64,000 bases of DNA from Alphaproteobacteria bacterium (GCA_963667705.1 OY763937.1:703069-767068); one strand, 5' to 3'; numbered from the stretch's first letter, positions 25,294 to 35,662 are shown. Notes: generated by a model from the letters alone, not told the origin. A program made the numbers and translations.

Positions 25294-27339
25294 TCAGGCG
25301 TCGGTGATGCGCAGGAAGCCGTAGTCGTCGACCCGCAGCGTCTGGCCGGGGTGGACGAGGGTGGTGGCGGTGGCTTCCTCGACGATCAGCGGCCCTTCCA
25401 GTTCGGCGCCGGGCGGCAGCAGGTCGCGCTCGTAGACCCGGGCCTCGTGGCGGCCGTCCTCGGCGAAGTCGGCCTCGCGCGCGGGCCGCGCCGCCGCCTC
25501 CAGCGAGCGCCCGTCCGCGCCGAGCGTCTTCATCTCCGGCCGCGGCACCTTGGCGGCCGCGGTAAGCCGGTAGGTCACGAACTCCACCGGCGTGTCGTCG
25601 AGGCGGAAGGTGTAGGTCTTCTCGTGCGCGTCGTGGAAGTCGGCGAGGATCGCGTCCACGCGCGCGTCCTCGATGTCCACCAGCACCGTGACCGAGTGCT
25701 CCTGCCCGAGGTAGCGCAGGTCGATGCGGCCCTCGAAGGCGACCTCCACCGCGCCCACGTGGGCGTCGGTGCGGTAGTAGCGCTCGGCCTCCTCCTTGAG
25801 GCCGGCGAAGACCGCGCGCACGTCGCCGGCCTCCACCTCTTCCGAGCGGCGCAGCACGGTCTGCATGAAGTCGCGCCGGGGCTCGGTGGCGAGCATCCCC
25901 CAGGCGGAGAAGAGGCCGGGATAGAGCGGGACGATGATCTCCTTGACGCCGAGCTCGCGGCCCAAGGGCGCGCCGTGCATGGGACCGCCGCCGCCGCCCA
26001 CCACCAGCGCGAAGTCGCGCGGGTCGTGGCCGCGCTGGATCGAGACCAGCTTCAGCGCGTTGATCATGTTGGCCTCGACGGTGCGGATCACGGCGACCGC
26101 CGCGTCCACCACGTCCGTGCCCAGCCCGCCCGCGATCTTCTCCATCGCGGTCCGGGCCCTGCCCTCGTCGAGGTCGAACTGCCCGCCGGCGAAGTTGGTG
26201 GGGTTGATGACTCCGGTGATGAGCTTGGCGTCGGTCACCGTGGGCTCGGTGCCGCCCCGGCCGTAGCAGGCGGGGCCCGGATCGGCGCCGGCGGAGACCG
26301 GCCCCACCTTCAGGAGCCCCGCCTTGTCGAACCAGGCGATGGAGCCGCCGCCGGCCCCGATCTCGACGATGTCCACCACCGGCACGCGCAGGGGATAGCC
26401 GAACTGCGAGCGGCTGTACTCCAGCCGGTACTCGGTGGTGACCTTGGGCGCGCCGTCCTCGATGGTGGTGCACTTGGCCGTGGTGCCGCCGATGTCGAGG
26501 TAGATCACGCGCGGCTCGTCGCACAGGTCGCCGACGATGGCGGCGCCGTTGCAGCCCGCCGCCGGCCCCGATTCCATCAGCGTGATGGGGTGCTCCTTGG
26601 CCCAGGCGAAGCTGGTGGTGCCGCCGTTGGACTGCATGGCGGCGTAGGCGCAGCGCACGCCGGCGCCGCCCAGCGCCTCCTCCAGCCGGCCGAAGTAGGT
26701 CTGCACGATGGGCTGCACGTAGGCGTTGAGCACCGCGGTGTTGGCGCGCTCGTACTCGCGCCACTCGCGGGTGATCTCGTGCGAGGCGGTGATCGAGACG
26801 CCCTCCAGCCGCTCGCGCAGGTAGGCCGCGGTCTCGGCCTCGTGCCGGGGTGCGACGTAGCTGTGCAGGAACTGGATCGCGATGGCCTCCACGCCCTCCT
26901 CGCGGCAGCGCTCGACCACGTGGTCGAGGTCCGCCTTCTCCAGCGGCCTCAGCGCGGTGCCCGCCGCGTCCACGCGCTCGCGCACCTCGAAGCGCAGGAG
27001 GCGGGGCACGAAGGGGCGCTCCTTCTCGAAGCGCAGGTTGTAGAGGTCGGGGCGGTTGCCGCGCTGGATCTCCAGCACGTCGCGGAAGCCGGCGGTGGTG
27101 ACGAGCGCCGTGCGCGCGCCCTTGCGCTCGGTGATCGCGTTGATGACCGTGGTGCCGCCGTGAACGAAGAAGTCCACCTCGCCCGCAGCGAGGCCCGAGA
27201 GATCGATGGTGTCGATCACGCCCTGGGTCAGGTCCCCCGGCGTGGTCAGCGACTTCGCCGTGCGCAGCGCCCCTTGCGCCGCGTCGAAATAGACCAGGTC
27301 GGTGAAGGTGCCGCCGATATCGGACGCGAGCCGGCCCAT
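25294..27339 (-). CDS. hyuA: Hydantoinase A / N-methylhydantoinase A / 5-oxoprolinase subunit (HyuA family)
   Basis: MGRLASDIGGTFTDLV and DIGGTTAK ATPase motifs, 681 aa. The ATG at 27339 was read from the sequence, and the track ORF over-extends to 28482. Confidence 0.9.
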   Translation of the reverse strand: MGRLASDIGGTFTDLVYFDAAQGALRTAKSLTTPGDLTQGVIDTIDLSGLAAGEVDFFVHGGTTVINAITERKGARTALVTTAGFRDVLEIQRGNRPDLYNLRFEKERPFVPRLLRFEVRERVDAAGTALRPLEKADLDHVVERCREEGVEAIAIQFLHSYVAPRHEAETAAYLRERLEGVSITASHEITREWREYERANTAVLNAYVQPIVQTYFGRLEEALGGAGVRCAYAAMQSNGGTTSFAWAKEHPITLMESGPAAGCNGAAIVGDLCDEPRVIYLDIGGTTAKCTTIEDGAPKVTTEYRLEYSRSQFGYPLRVPVVDIVEIGAGGGSIAWFDKAGLLKVGPVSAGADPGPACYGRGGTEPTVTDAKLITGVINPTNFAGGQFDLDEGRARTAMEKIAGGLGTDVVDAAVAVIRTVEANMINALKLVSIQRGHDPRDFALVVGGGGGPMHGAPLGRELGVKEIIVPLYPGLFSAWGMLATEPRRDFMQTVLRRSEEVEAGDVRAVFAGLKEEAERYYRTDAHVGAVEVAFEGRIDLRYLGQEHSVTVLVDIEDARVDAILADFHDAHEKTYTFRLDDTPVEFVTYRLTAAAKVPRPEMKTLGADGRSLEAAARPAREADFAEDGRHEARVYERDLLPPGAELEGPLIVEEATATTLVHPGQTLRVDDYGFLRITDA

Positions 27340-27353
27340 GGTGTGTCGGCGCG

Positions 27354-29129
27354 TCAGGCGGCTGCGGCGCGCAGCCTGGCGGTGGCGTCCGCGTCGATCT
27401 CGCGCCCGCTCGCCGCGATGACGACGCCGTAGTCCTCGCGCGCCTGCTCGGGTGTGATGTAGTCGGCGCGGACCTCCGCCAGCACCTCGTCCGCCGGCCG
27501 CTCGAAGGGGTCGCCGTAGCCGCCGCCGCCGCCGGTGTACATGCGGATGATGTCGCCCCGCTTCATGATCGTGGTGGGCGCCCGTGCGGCGCGGCGGGCG
27601 TCGTTGCCGACGTGCAGCTCGAAGTAGTTGACCGAGCCCTCGTCGCCGCCCTCGCGCGCCCAGGGCCTCTCGATCGAGCGGCCGTAGCTCGCCGAAAGCA
27701 CCGCGTCGTCGGCCATGATCTCGTACTCGCGGATCGAGCCGTAGCCGCCGCGGTAGCGGCCTGCGCCGACGCCGCCCGGCGTGTTGAGCGCGTACTGGTT
27801 GACCCGCACCGGGAACTTCGCCTCCAGCAGCTCGATGGAGTAGTTGAAGGTGTCGCCGTTGGTGATCGCGCTGGTGACGCAGTTGCCGTCGCGCTCGTCC
27901 GTCGCGCCCCAGCCGACCATGCTGGGCTCGATCATCACCCAGGGCTCGCCCTTGGCCCGGTCGTGGCCGCCGAGCACGGTGACGCAGAGGCTGTTGGCGC
28001 TGCCCATGCTGACCCGCTTGGGCGCGATGGGAGCCAAAGCCTTCCACGCGAGCTCCGAGGCCTGGCCCGTGCCCTCGTAGTACCAGCCCACCGGCGCGGG
28101 CTTGGTCGCGGAGAACACCGTGCCCTCGGGCGCCACCACCTTGAGCGGGCGGAACCAGCCCTCGTTGGAGGGCGACTGCGGGTCGACGATCGCCTTGAAG
28201 ACGGTCTTGACCGCCGAGACCAACGCCGGGCGCGAGCAGTTGACCGGGCCCTGGAGCTGATCGCAGGAGCCCGTGTAGTCGACGGTGATGTCGCTGCCCT
28301 CGATGGTGACCGCCACCTTCGTGCGGAAGCGCTCCTCGGTGATGCCGTCGCCGTCGATCCAGTCCTCGGCCTCGTAGGTGCCGTCGGGGAGCGCTGCCAC
28401 GGCCTCGCGGCTCACCCGCTCGCTGGTCTCGAGGATGTGGCGGAAGGTCTCGGCCACCGCCAGCTTGCCGTACTTCCCGCAAAGCTCGAGGCAGCGGCTC
28501 TCGGCGATGCGGACCGAGGCGAGCGCGGCGTTGAGGTCGCCCAGCGCCATCTTGGGCAGGCGCACGTTGGCCGCGATCATCTCGAAGATGGCGTCCTGGC
28601 GCTCGCCCTCCCTGTAGACGTGGATGCCGGGGAAGCAGATGCCCTCCTGGAAAATCTCGGTGGCGTCCGCCGGCAGCGAGCCCGGCGCCTTGCCGCCGAT
28701 GTCGGTCCAGTGCGAGATCGAGATGGCGAAGGCGAAGAGCTCGCCGTCCACGAACACCGGCTTGACCACGCCCACGTCGTTGTAGTGGGTGCCCCCGTTG
28801 AAGGGGTCGTTGAGCATGTAGATGTCGCCCGGCCGGATGCGGCCCGCGAACTTCTCCTTGATGATGTTGATCTGGAGCGAGAAGGTCCCGGTGAAGACGG
28901 TGATCCCGTTGGTCTGGGACACCAGCTCGCCGTCCGCGTCGCAGAAGCCGCAGGCGAAGTCGAGCACCTCGTAGATGACCGGGCTCATGCTGCTCCTGGC
29001 GAGCACCACGCCCATCTCGTCCGCCACCGCCAGCAGCTTGCCGCGCACGATCTCGCGGGTCACCACGTCCGTCTCGAATGCGGCGCTGTCGCGCCCCTTC
29101 GTGCCGCTCGCCATCGTCTCGTCCTCCAC
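27354..29129 (-). CDS. hyuB: Hydantoinase B / oxoprolinase family protein (HyuB)
   Basis: VVTREIVRGKLLAVADEMGVVLARSSMSPVIYEVLDFACGFCD is a typical HyuB N-terminus. It lies 14 nt upstream of hyuA. The start could be at 29114. Confidence 0.9.
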   Translation of the reverse strand: MEDETMASGTKGRDSAAFETDVVTREIVRGKLLAVADEMGVVLARSSMSPVIYEVLDFACGFCDADGELVSQTNGITVFTGTFSLQINIIKEKFAGRIRPGDIYMLNDPFNGGTHYNDVGVVKPVFVDGELFAFAISISHWTDIGGKAPGSLPADATEIFQEGICFPGIHVYREGERQDAIFEMIAANVRLPKMALGDLNAALASVRIAESRCLELCGKYGKLAVAETFRHILETSERVSREAVAALPDGTYEAEDWIDGDGITEERFRTKVAVTIEGSDITVDYTGSCDQLQGPVNCSRPALVSAVKTVFKAIVDPQSPSNEGWFRPLKVVAPEGTVFSATKPAPVGWYYEGTGQASELAWKALAPIAPKRVSMGSANSLCVTVLGGHDRAKGEPWVMIEPSMVGWGATDERDGNCVTSAITNGDTFNYSIELLEAKFPVRVNQYALNTPGGVGAGRYRGGYGSIREYEIMADDAVLSASYGRSIERPWAREGGDEGSVNYFELHVGNDARRAARAPTTIMKRGDIIRMYTGGGGGYGDPFERPADEVLAEVRADYITPEQAREDYGVVIAASGREIDADATARLRAAAA

Positions 29130-29251
29130 GGGGGTCCGCCTGCCCGCAGGCGCGCCTAGTCTCTCACCGCGCGGGAAGCCCGGTCAACGCGGGATGCGTC
29201 CGGGCGCGCGTACTGTCCTGGACTTGCACGTCAGCTAAACCGCCCCTCCAC

Positions 29252-29337
29252 CGTCATGCCCGGACTTGTTCCGGGCATCCATCCGGGCCGGCCGCCGCGC
29301 AGGAACGTGGATGGCCGGGACAAGCCCGGCCATGACG
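29252..29337. repeat. REP/MITE-like repeat family A, copy 2
   Basis: The sequence is cgtcatgcccggacttgttccgggcatcc ... cgtggatggccgggacaagcccggccatgacg. Arm order on the plus strand is the same as in copies 1 and 3. Confidence 0.7.
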
Positions 29338-29385
29338 TGAGGGGGACGATGCACTCATTCGTCCCTGCTTCCGTGACACCGCGGC

Positions 29386-30381
29386 TCACACGGTAACCAC
29401 GATCTTGCCGCACTGGGCGTTGGATTCCATGTAGCGGTGCGCCTCCGCGATCTCGTCCAGCGGGAACTCCCGGTCGATCACCGGCTTCAGCGCGCCGCCT
29501 TCCAGCCCGGCGAAGATGTCGTCTCGCGCTGCCGCGAAGCGGGCCTCGTCGCGCACGAAGTCGAGCACCTGGTAGCCCGTGATGGTGAGCGACTTCGCCA
29601 GCATCGGCATGAGCGGATAGACGGTCTCGCCGGGATGCAGCGCGCCGTACTCGTAGATCGTGCCGTAGGGCGCCGCCGCACCGCAGAGCGTCGCCAGCAG
29701 CGGCCCCGCGATCGGGTCGAAGATCACGCGCGCCCCGGCGCCGCCGGTGATCTCCATCACGCGCGCCGGCAGGTCCTCCTCCTCGGTCGCCACCACGTGA
29801 TCGGCGCCGTGGCCCGCGAGCACCGCCTTCTTGTCCGAGCGGCGGGTGGTCGCGATCACGCTGGCACCGCGTGCGCGCGCGATCTGGATCGCGGCGATGC
29901 CGACGCTGCTGCTGGCGGCGGTGACGACCACGGCGTCCTCCGGCCCGATCCGGCCGTAGTGGACCAGCGCGCCGTGGGCGGTGAGGTAGGCCATCCAGAG
30001 GGACGCGCCCTCGGCGGGCGAGAGCGCGGCGGGATAGGGCCGCACGATCTCCGCCGGCACCGTGGCGCTCTCGCCATAGACGCCCTGGCGGGTCTGGGAG
30101 AGGGCGAAGGAGGGCACCGTGGCGATGCGCTCGCCCTCGCTCACCCCCGTCACGCCCTCGCCCACGGCCTCGACCACGCCGGCGGCCTCGTAGCCGATGC
30201 GCGAGGGAAAGACGGGCTGCTCGTGGTAGATGCCCTCGCGCAGCATGCACTCCGCCCGGTTGAGCCCGATCGCCTCGACCCTGATCTGCACCTCGCCGGG
30301 GCCCGGCGGCTGCGCCGGCGCCTCCTCGACGCGCAGCACGTCGGGCCCGCCGGTCTCGTGGAAGAAGACTGTTCGCGGCAT
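29386..30381 (-). CDS. Zinc-independent MDR-family NADPH:quinone oxidoreductase
   Basis: GEVQIRVEAIGLNRAE, IGYEAAGVVEAVGEGV and VVVTAASSSVGIAAIQIA are present. It is 331 aa, with the ATG at 30381 read from the sequence. Confidence 0.85.
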   Translation of the reverse strand: MPRTVFFHETGGPDVLRVEEAPAQPPGPGEVQIRVEAIGLNRAECMLREGIYHEQPVFPSRIGYEAAGVVEAVGEGVTGVSEGERIATVPSFALSQTRQGVYGESATVPAEIVRPYPAALSPAEGASLWMAYLTAHGALVHYGRIGPEDAVVVTAASSSVGIAAIQIARARGASVIATTRRSDKKAVLAGHGADHVVATEEEDLPARVMEITGGAGARVIFDPIAGPLLATLCGAAAPYGTIYEYGALHPGETVYPLMPMLAKSLTITGYQVLDFVRDEARFAAARDDIFAGLEGGALKPVIDREFPLDEIAEAHRYMESNAQCGKIVVTV

Positions 30382-30416
30382 CGTCCCGCTCCTCGGAAGT
30401 CGCGCCCCCTGGCCGG

Positions 30417-31178
30417 CTAGTATTGCACGCGCTGGGTGAGGCCGCCGTCCACCACTAGGTTGGCGCCAGTGGTGAAGGCGGAGAGCGGGCTCGCGAGGAA
30501 GGCCACCGCGTCGGCGACCTCCTCCGGCGTGCCCATGCGCCCGGTGGGGTTGCGCGCGAGCGCGGCCCGGTAGCGCTCCGGGTCCTCGCGGCGCCGCATG
30601 TCCCAGACGCCTCCCTCGAAGAAGATCGTGCCGGGCGAGACGCAGTTCGCGCGGATGCCTTCGCCTGCGAGCGCGTTGGCGAGGTTGGAGGTGTAGTTGA
30701 TCAGCGCGGCCTTGACCGAGTTGTAGGGGCGCACGCCGCCGAAGCTCTCGACGCCCGCGGTGCTCGAGACGGTGACGATGGCCGCGGCGTCCGAGCGCTC
30801 GAGATGCGGCATCGCCGCCTCGATCGTGCGCACGGTGCCGAGGATGTCGATCTCGAAGCCGGCGCGCCAGGAGGCCTCGCTCGGCGCGCCCGCCAGCGCG
30901 CTCACGTTGGCGACCACGATGTCGATGCCGCCGAGGCGCTCCGCCATCGCGGCGGTCCATCGCGTCACGGCCTCGCCGTCGGCCACGTCGCAGGGCGCGC
31001 CGACGACGTCGAGGCCGGCGGCGGAGAACTCGGCCAGCACCGTATCGAGCCGGGCCTCGTCCCGCCCGCAGATGCCGACGCCGCAGCCCTCCAGCGCGAG
31101 CCGCCGCGCGATGGCGTGGCCGATCCCGCGCGTGCCGCCCGTCACGACGGCCTTCCTGCCGGCAAGCTTCAGGTCCAT
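30417..31178 (-). CDS. SDR-family oxidoreductase
   Basis: The cofactor motif VTGGTRGIG and the catalytic Y-x3-K (YNSVKAAL) are present. Length is 253 aa. Confidence 0.9.
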   Translation of the reverse strand: MDLKLAGRKAVVTGGTRGIGHAIARRLALEGCGVGICGRDEARLDTVLAEFSAAGLDVVGAPCDVADGEAVTRWTAAMAERLGGIDIVVANVSALAGAPSEASWRAGFEIDILGTVRTIEAAMPHLERSDAAAIVTVSSTAGVESFGGVRPYNSVKAALINYTSNLANALAGEGIRANCVSPGTIFFEGGVWDMRRREDPERYRAALARNPTGRMGTPEEVADAVAFLASPLSAFTTGANLVVDGGLTQRVQY

Positions 31179-31277
31179 GTCTCTCCGCCCATGGGTGAGG
31201 GGATTGCGGCCTCCGTGCCGCGCCCGAGTGTCGGGTGCGGCCGCGCGCTTGTCCAGCCGGCGCGGGTTGGAGTCGGC

Positions 31278-32414
31278 TCAGGGCGCACCGGGAAGCAGCT
31301 CGCGGTAGACGGCGAGCGTCGCGCTGCACATCCCCTCCAGCGAGAAGCGGCGCTGCACGTGCTCGCGCCCGGCGCGGGCCATCCTCTCGCGTTCGGCCCC
31401 GCTTGCGCCCAGCGCCGCGCGCAGCGCGCCCGCCAGCGCCGCCGCATCGCCCGGCGGCACCAGCCACCCCGTCTCGCCCTCGCGCACCGTCTCCAGCGCG
31501 CCGCCGTGGGCCGCGGCGATCACCGGCCGGCCCATGGCCTGCGCCTCGGCCGCGACGCGGCCGAAGGCCTCGGGCCGGAGCGAGGGCGAGACCACGATGT
31601 CGGCCAGCAGGTACGCCGCCGGCATGTCGCCGCAGGGCCCTGTGAGCAGGACGCGGTGGCCCGCGCCCAGCGCCGCGATGCGCCGCTCGACGCGGGCGCG
31701 GTAGTCGGCGCGGCGGGCGTCCGTGGCGCCGACCAGGAGGCAGGTGACGTTCTCCTCGGTCTGGGCCAGCGCGTCGAGCAGGGCGAGGTGCCCCTTCCAG
31801 GCGGTGAGGCGCGCCGGCAGCATCACGACCGGCCGCCCCTCCGGCATCTGCCAGGCGTCGCGCAGCGCGGCGATGCGCGCCGGCTCCACCCGCGCGGGGT
31901 CGAAGAGGGAGAGGTCGACGCCGCGCGGGATCGTCCTGATCCGCGCGGGCTCCACGCCATGGGCCTCGGCGACGTGGCGGGCGATGAACTCCGAGATCGC
32001 GATCACCCGCGCGCCCCGCGTCATGATCGCGTTGTAGCGCCGCTTCAGCGGCACGGCGGCGGAGTAGGTGCCGTGGAAGGTGGTGACGAAGGGCCTCCCT
32101 GCGCGCCGCGCCGCGCGATGGGCGAGCCAGGCGGGCCAGCGCGAGCGGGCATGCACGAGGTCGATCCCCTCCTCGCCGATCAGGCGGGCGAGGCGGCGGA
32201 CAGCACCCGGCGCCTGCAGCGGATTGCGGCGGGCGACGGGGAGCGCCGCGTGGCGCGCGCCGGCCTCCGCCGCCGCCGCCCGGTCCGCCTCGTGCCCGGT
32301 CACGATGACGGAGCCCCAGCCGGCCGCCGCCAGCGCCCTGGAGATCTCCAGCGTCCCGCGTTCCACCCCGCCGCCGCCGGCGAGGCTCGGCAGGACTTGA
32401 AGAACCGTCGTCAT
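31278..32414 (-). CDS. Glycosyltransferase family 4 (GT-B, group 1)
   Basis: PSLAGGGGVERGT at the N-terminus and EAFGRVAAEAQAMGRPVIAAAHGGALETV (E-x7-E region). Length is 378 aa. Confidence 0.85.
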   Translation of the reverse strand: MTTVLQVLPSLAGGGGVERGTLEISRALAAAGWGSVIVTGHEADRAAAAEAGARHAALPVARRNPLQAPGAVRRLARLIGEEGIDLVHARSRWPAWLAHRAARRAGRPFVTTFHGTYSAAVPLKRRYNAIMTRGARVIAISEFIARHVAEAHGVEPARIRTIPRGVDLSLFDPARVEPARIAALRDAWQMPEGRPVVMLPARLTAWKGHLALLDALAQTEENVTCLLVGATDARRADYRARVERRIAALGAGHRVLLTGPCGDMPAAYLLADIVVSPSLRPEAFGRVAAEAQAMGRPVIAAAHGGALETVREGETGWLVPPGDAAALAGALRAALGASGAERERMARAGREHVQRRFSLEGMCSATLAVYRELLPGAP

Positions 32415-32544
32415 TCGACTATCGGCGTCGGGTCATCGAATGCCGGTGCCCGGCGCGGCGCTCCGCCCATGGGTGTGGCTCTGCATCCTGTCGGGCAGCC
32501 CCCGGCTTGGCACGGGCCGGCACGCGGATCGAGCGAGCGACGCC

Positions 32545-33333
32545 ATGCAGGAACCTCCACCGCCATCGCTGCTGCGGCGCGCCGGCCGCGACACAATCGC
32601 CTACCGCACCCTGGACGGCAAGACGCCGGGCGTGATGTTCCTCGGCGGCTTCATGTCGGACATGACCGGCACCAAGGCCCAGGCCCTGGAAGCCCACTGC
32701 CGGCGCACGGGCCGCGCCTTCGTCCGCTTCGACTATTCCGGCCACGGCGTCTCCGGCGGCGCCTTCGCGGACGGCACCATCGGCCGGTGGCGCGACGATG
32801 CCCTGGCCGTGCTCGATGGGGTCGCGCAGGGGCCGCAGGTACTGGTGGGCTCCAGCATGGGCGGCTGGATCATGCTGCTGGCGGCACTGGCGCGGCCCGA
32901 GCGCGTCGCCGGCCTGGTCGGCGTCGCCGCCGCGCCCGACTTCACCGAGGACCTGGTATGGTCCATGCTCGACGACGAGGGGCGGCGAACGCTCGAAGAC
33001 AGCGGCCGGATCGTGCTCCCCTGCGACTACGGCGAAGACCCCTATCCCGTCACCGTGCGCCTGATCGAGGAGGGGCGCGATCACCTGCTGCTGCGGGCGC
33101 CCATCGCGCTCGACCGCCCGATCCATCTGCTGCAGGGCATGGCGGATGCGGACGTGCCCTGGCGGACCGCGCTCACCATCGCCGAGCGGGTGACGAGCGA
33201 GCGCGTCACGGTGGAGCTGGTCAAGGACGGCGATCACCGCCTCTCGCGGGAGCGCGATCTCGCCCGGCTCTGCGCCGCCGTCGACGCGATGACCGAAACC
33301 GCGGTGGCTTCAAATCCTGGTGAGCGCGCGTGA
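32545..33333 (+). CDS. Alpha/beta hydrolase
   Basis: The nucleophile elbow is GSSMGG and the late His is in DGDHRL. ATG 32545 was chosen; the track ORF begins at 32440. Confidence 0.8.
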   Translation: MQEPPPPSLLRRAGRDTIAYRTLDGKTPGVMFLGGFMSDMTGTKAQALEAHCRRTGRAFVRFDYSGHGVSGGAFADGTIGRWRDDALAVLDGVAQGPQVLVGSSMGGWIMLLAALARPERVAGLVGVAAAPDFTEDLVWSMLDDEGRRTLEDSGRIVLPCDYGEDPYPVTVRLIEEGRDHLLLRAPIALDRPIHLLQGMADADVPWRTALTIAERVTSERVTVELVKDGDHRLSRERDLARLCAAVDAMTETAVASNPGERA

Positions 33334-33408
33334 GATCGCTATGCAGCGGGCGTCTGCGCGACTATCTATCGCCTGTGCAGGCGGTCGAGACACAGGGGAG
33401 CAAGGGCC

Positions 33409-33990
33409 GTGACGGGTAGACGCATGCTTGGGCGGCTCGCCGCCGCCGCCGTCATCGCCGGCGTCGCCTTCCACGGCGGCGCCGCGCTCGCTGCCGACGC
33501 GGAGCTTCTGCGCTCGCTCGACCGGCACGCGGACGGGACTCCCGTGCTCAACCTGGTGGTGGCGGACGGGCCGATGGAGCCGCCGCCCATCTCGTTCACC
33601 GACGAGGCCGGCGAGGAGCTGAGCCTCGCCGACTACCGCGGCACCCCCGTCGCCGTGCACTTCTGGGCCACCTGGTGCTTCCCCTGCCGCGCCGAGATGC
33701 CCACGATGGACGCGCTGCAGCGCGCGCTCGGGGACGAGATGATCGTCCTGCCGCTCTCGCTCGATCGCGACGGCGCCGCGCTGGTGCGGGCCTACTACGA
33801 GGATCACGATCTCACCACGCTCCCGGTGATGATCGACGAGAAGATGGCGGCCGGCCGCGCGCTCCGGGTGCACGGCATCCCCGCGACGGTCTTCATCGAC
33901 GCGGAAGGTGCGGAGGTCGCGCGCGTCCTCGGCGACCGCGACTGGTCCGATCCGGCGGTCATCGACCTGGTCCGCCACATCATCGACTGA
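33409..33990 (+). CDS. TlpA-family periplasmic thiol:disulfide oxidoreductase
   Basis: It has a signal peptide and the thioredoxin motif WATWCFPCRAEMP. It is followed by ccdA. Confidence 0.85.
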   Translation: MTGRRMLGRLAAAAVIAGVAFHGGAALAADAELLRSLDRHADGTPVLNLVVADGPMEPPPISFTDEAGEELSLADYRGTPVAVHFWATWCFPCRAEMPTMDALQRALGDEMIVLPLSLDRDGAALVRAYYEDHDLTTLPVMIDEKMAAGRALRVHGIPATVFIDAEGAEVARVLGDRDWSDPAVIDLVRHIID

Positions 33991-34032
33991 CGGCGCGGGA
34001 CGGGAACCGGGTCCGCCGCCGGGCGTTCGGGC

Positions 34033-34773
34033 ATGGAACTCTCCGCCATAGGAATCGCCTCGGTCTTCGCGGCCGGGCTGATCTCGTTCCTCTCGCCCTG
34101 CGTCCTGCCGCTGGTGCCGGGCTACGTCTCCTACGTCGCCGGCGGCTCGCTGGAGGAGCTGCGGGACGAGGCGGGGCTCTCCCGGCGCCGGCTCGCCGCG
34201 CTGACGCTGAGCGCCTTCTTCGTCCTCGGCTTCACCGCGATCTTCGTGGCGCTGGGCGCGAGCGCGAGCGCCGTGGGCGGCTTCCTGCTGGAGCACAAGA
34301 CGATCTTCGAGTACGTCGCGGGCGGGGTGATCGTCGTCTTCGGCCTCTACCTCACGGGCCTGGTCCGGATCCCCTTCTTCGAGCGCGAGGCCCGCTTCGC
34401 CGGGCGCATGGCCGGCGGCAAGCCGGCGAGCGCCTTCCTGCTGGGCGCGGCCTTCGCCTTCGGCTGGACGCCCTGCATCGGCCCCGTGCTGGGCGGCATC
34501 CTCACCATGACCGCGACCTCGGCCGACGTCGGCCAGGGCGTCGCCCTGCTCGCGATCTATTCGCTCGGGCTCGGCGTGCCCTTCCTGATCGCGGCGGCCT
34601 TCACCGGCTTCTTCCTCCGCCACATGCGGCGCATCCGCAGGGTGAGCAGGCCGCTCCAGATCGGCGCCGGAGTCATCCTGGTGGCGATGGGTGCAGCCCT
34701 CATCACCGGCTACCTCAGCACCGTCGCCTTCTGGATGCTCGAGGCCTTCCCTGCGCTCGCCGCGATCGGTTAG
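34033..34773 (+). CDS. ccdA: Cytochrome c biogenesis / thiol-reductant transporter CcdA (DsbD-TM family)
   Basis: The SPCVLPLVPGY and WTPCIGPVLG motifs are present, with 6 TM segments. Confidence 0.9.
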   Translation: MELSAIGIASVFAAGLISFLSPCVLPLVPGYVSYVAGGSLEELRDEAGLSRRRLAALTLSAFFVLGFTAIFVALGASASAVGGFLLEHKTIFEYVAGGVIVVFGLYLTGLVRIPFFEREARFAGRMAGGKPASAFLLGAAFAFGWTPCIGPVLGGILTMTATSADVGQGVALLAIYSLGLGVPFLIAAAFTGFFLRHMRRIRRVSRPLQIGAGVILVAMGAALITGYLSTVAFWMLEAFPALAAIG

Positions 34774-35657
34774 GCGCCGGCCCGCTCCTCGGCGAGCAGG
34801 GCGGCGAGGCCGGCGCGGTAGTCGGGATAGCGCAGCGCCACGCCGAGCTCCTCCTTGATGAGCGCGTTGGAGACGCGCCGGTTGTCGGCGTAGAAGCTCC
34901 GCGCCATCGGCGAGAGCCCGGCCTCCTCCAGGGGTACCGGCGGCGGCGGCGCGACGCCCAGGAGCGCGCAGGCATGGGCCACCACGTCCGCCCCCGGCGC
35001 CGGCTCGTCGTCGCACACGTTGTAGATCGCGCCGGCGCGGGGCCGGGCGATGGAGGCGGCCAGCGCCTGCGCGATGTCGGCCACGTGGATGCGCGAGAAC
35101 ACCTGCCCCGGCCTCTCGATGCGCTTCGCCGTGCCGCGTCTCGCCGCGGCCAGTGCGTTGCGCCCCGGCCCGTAGATCCCGGCCAGGCGAAAGACGTGGA
35201 CGGGGATTCCGTGCTCCGCGCCCAGCGCGCGCCAGCCCCGCTCCGCCGCGAGCCGGCGTTTGCCGCGCTCGGACGTCGGCGCCGGCACGGCGCTCTCGTC
35301 CACCCAGGCGCCGCCGGTGTCGCCGTAGACCCCGGTGGTGGAGAGATAGCCGATCCATTCCAGCGCGGGCAGCGCCGCGATGGCGGCGCCGTGGCGGTCG
35401 AGCGCGGGGTCGCCGTCCGCGTCGGGCGGGATGGAGAGCAGGACGTGGGTCGTGCCCGCGAGCAGGCGCCCGGCATCGGCGAGCGGCGCCTCGCGCGCGA
35501 AGGGGACCGCGTCGACGCCCGCGTCCGCGAGCGCGCGGCACCCTTCCTCGCTGCGACAGGTGCCGGCGAGCGACCAGCCGGCGGGCCCGAGCAGCGCGCC
35601 GAGCGCGCGGGCGGAGAAGCCGTAGCCGAAGCAGAAGAGCCGCTTGCCGGTCGCCAT
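34770..35657 (-). CDS. NAD-dependent epimerase/dehydratase-like SDR protein
   Basis: LFCFGYGFSARAL, STTGVYGD and RLAGIYGPGR are present. It is 295 aa, with the ATG at 35657 read from the sequence. Confidence 0.75.
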   Translation of the reverse strand: MATGKRLFCFGYGFSARALGALLGPAGWSLAGTCRSEEGCRALADAGVDAVPFAREAPLADAGRLLAGTTHVLLSIPPDADGDPALDRHGAAIAALPALEWIGYLSTTGVYGDTGGAWVDESAVPAPTSERGKRRLAAERGWRALGAEHGIPVHVFRLAGIYGPGRNALAAARRGTAKRIERPGQVFSRIHVADIAQALAASIARPRAGAIYNVCDDEPAPGADVVAHACALLGVAPPPPVPLEEAGLSPMARSFYADNRRVSNALIKEELGVALRYPDYRAGLAALLAEERAGA

Positions 35658-35662
35658 CGTGG

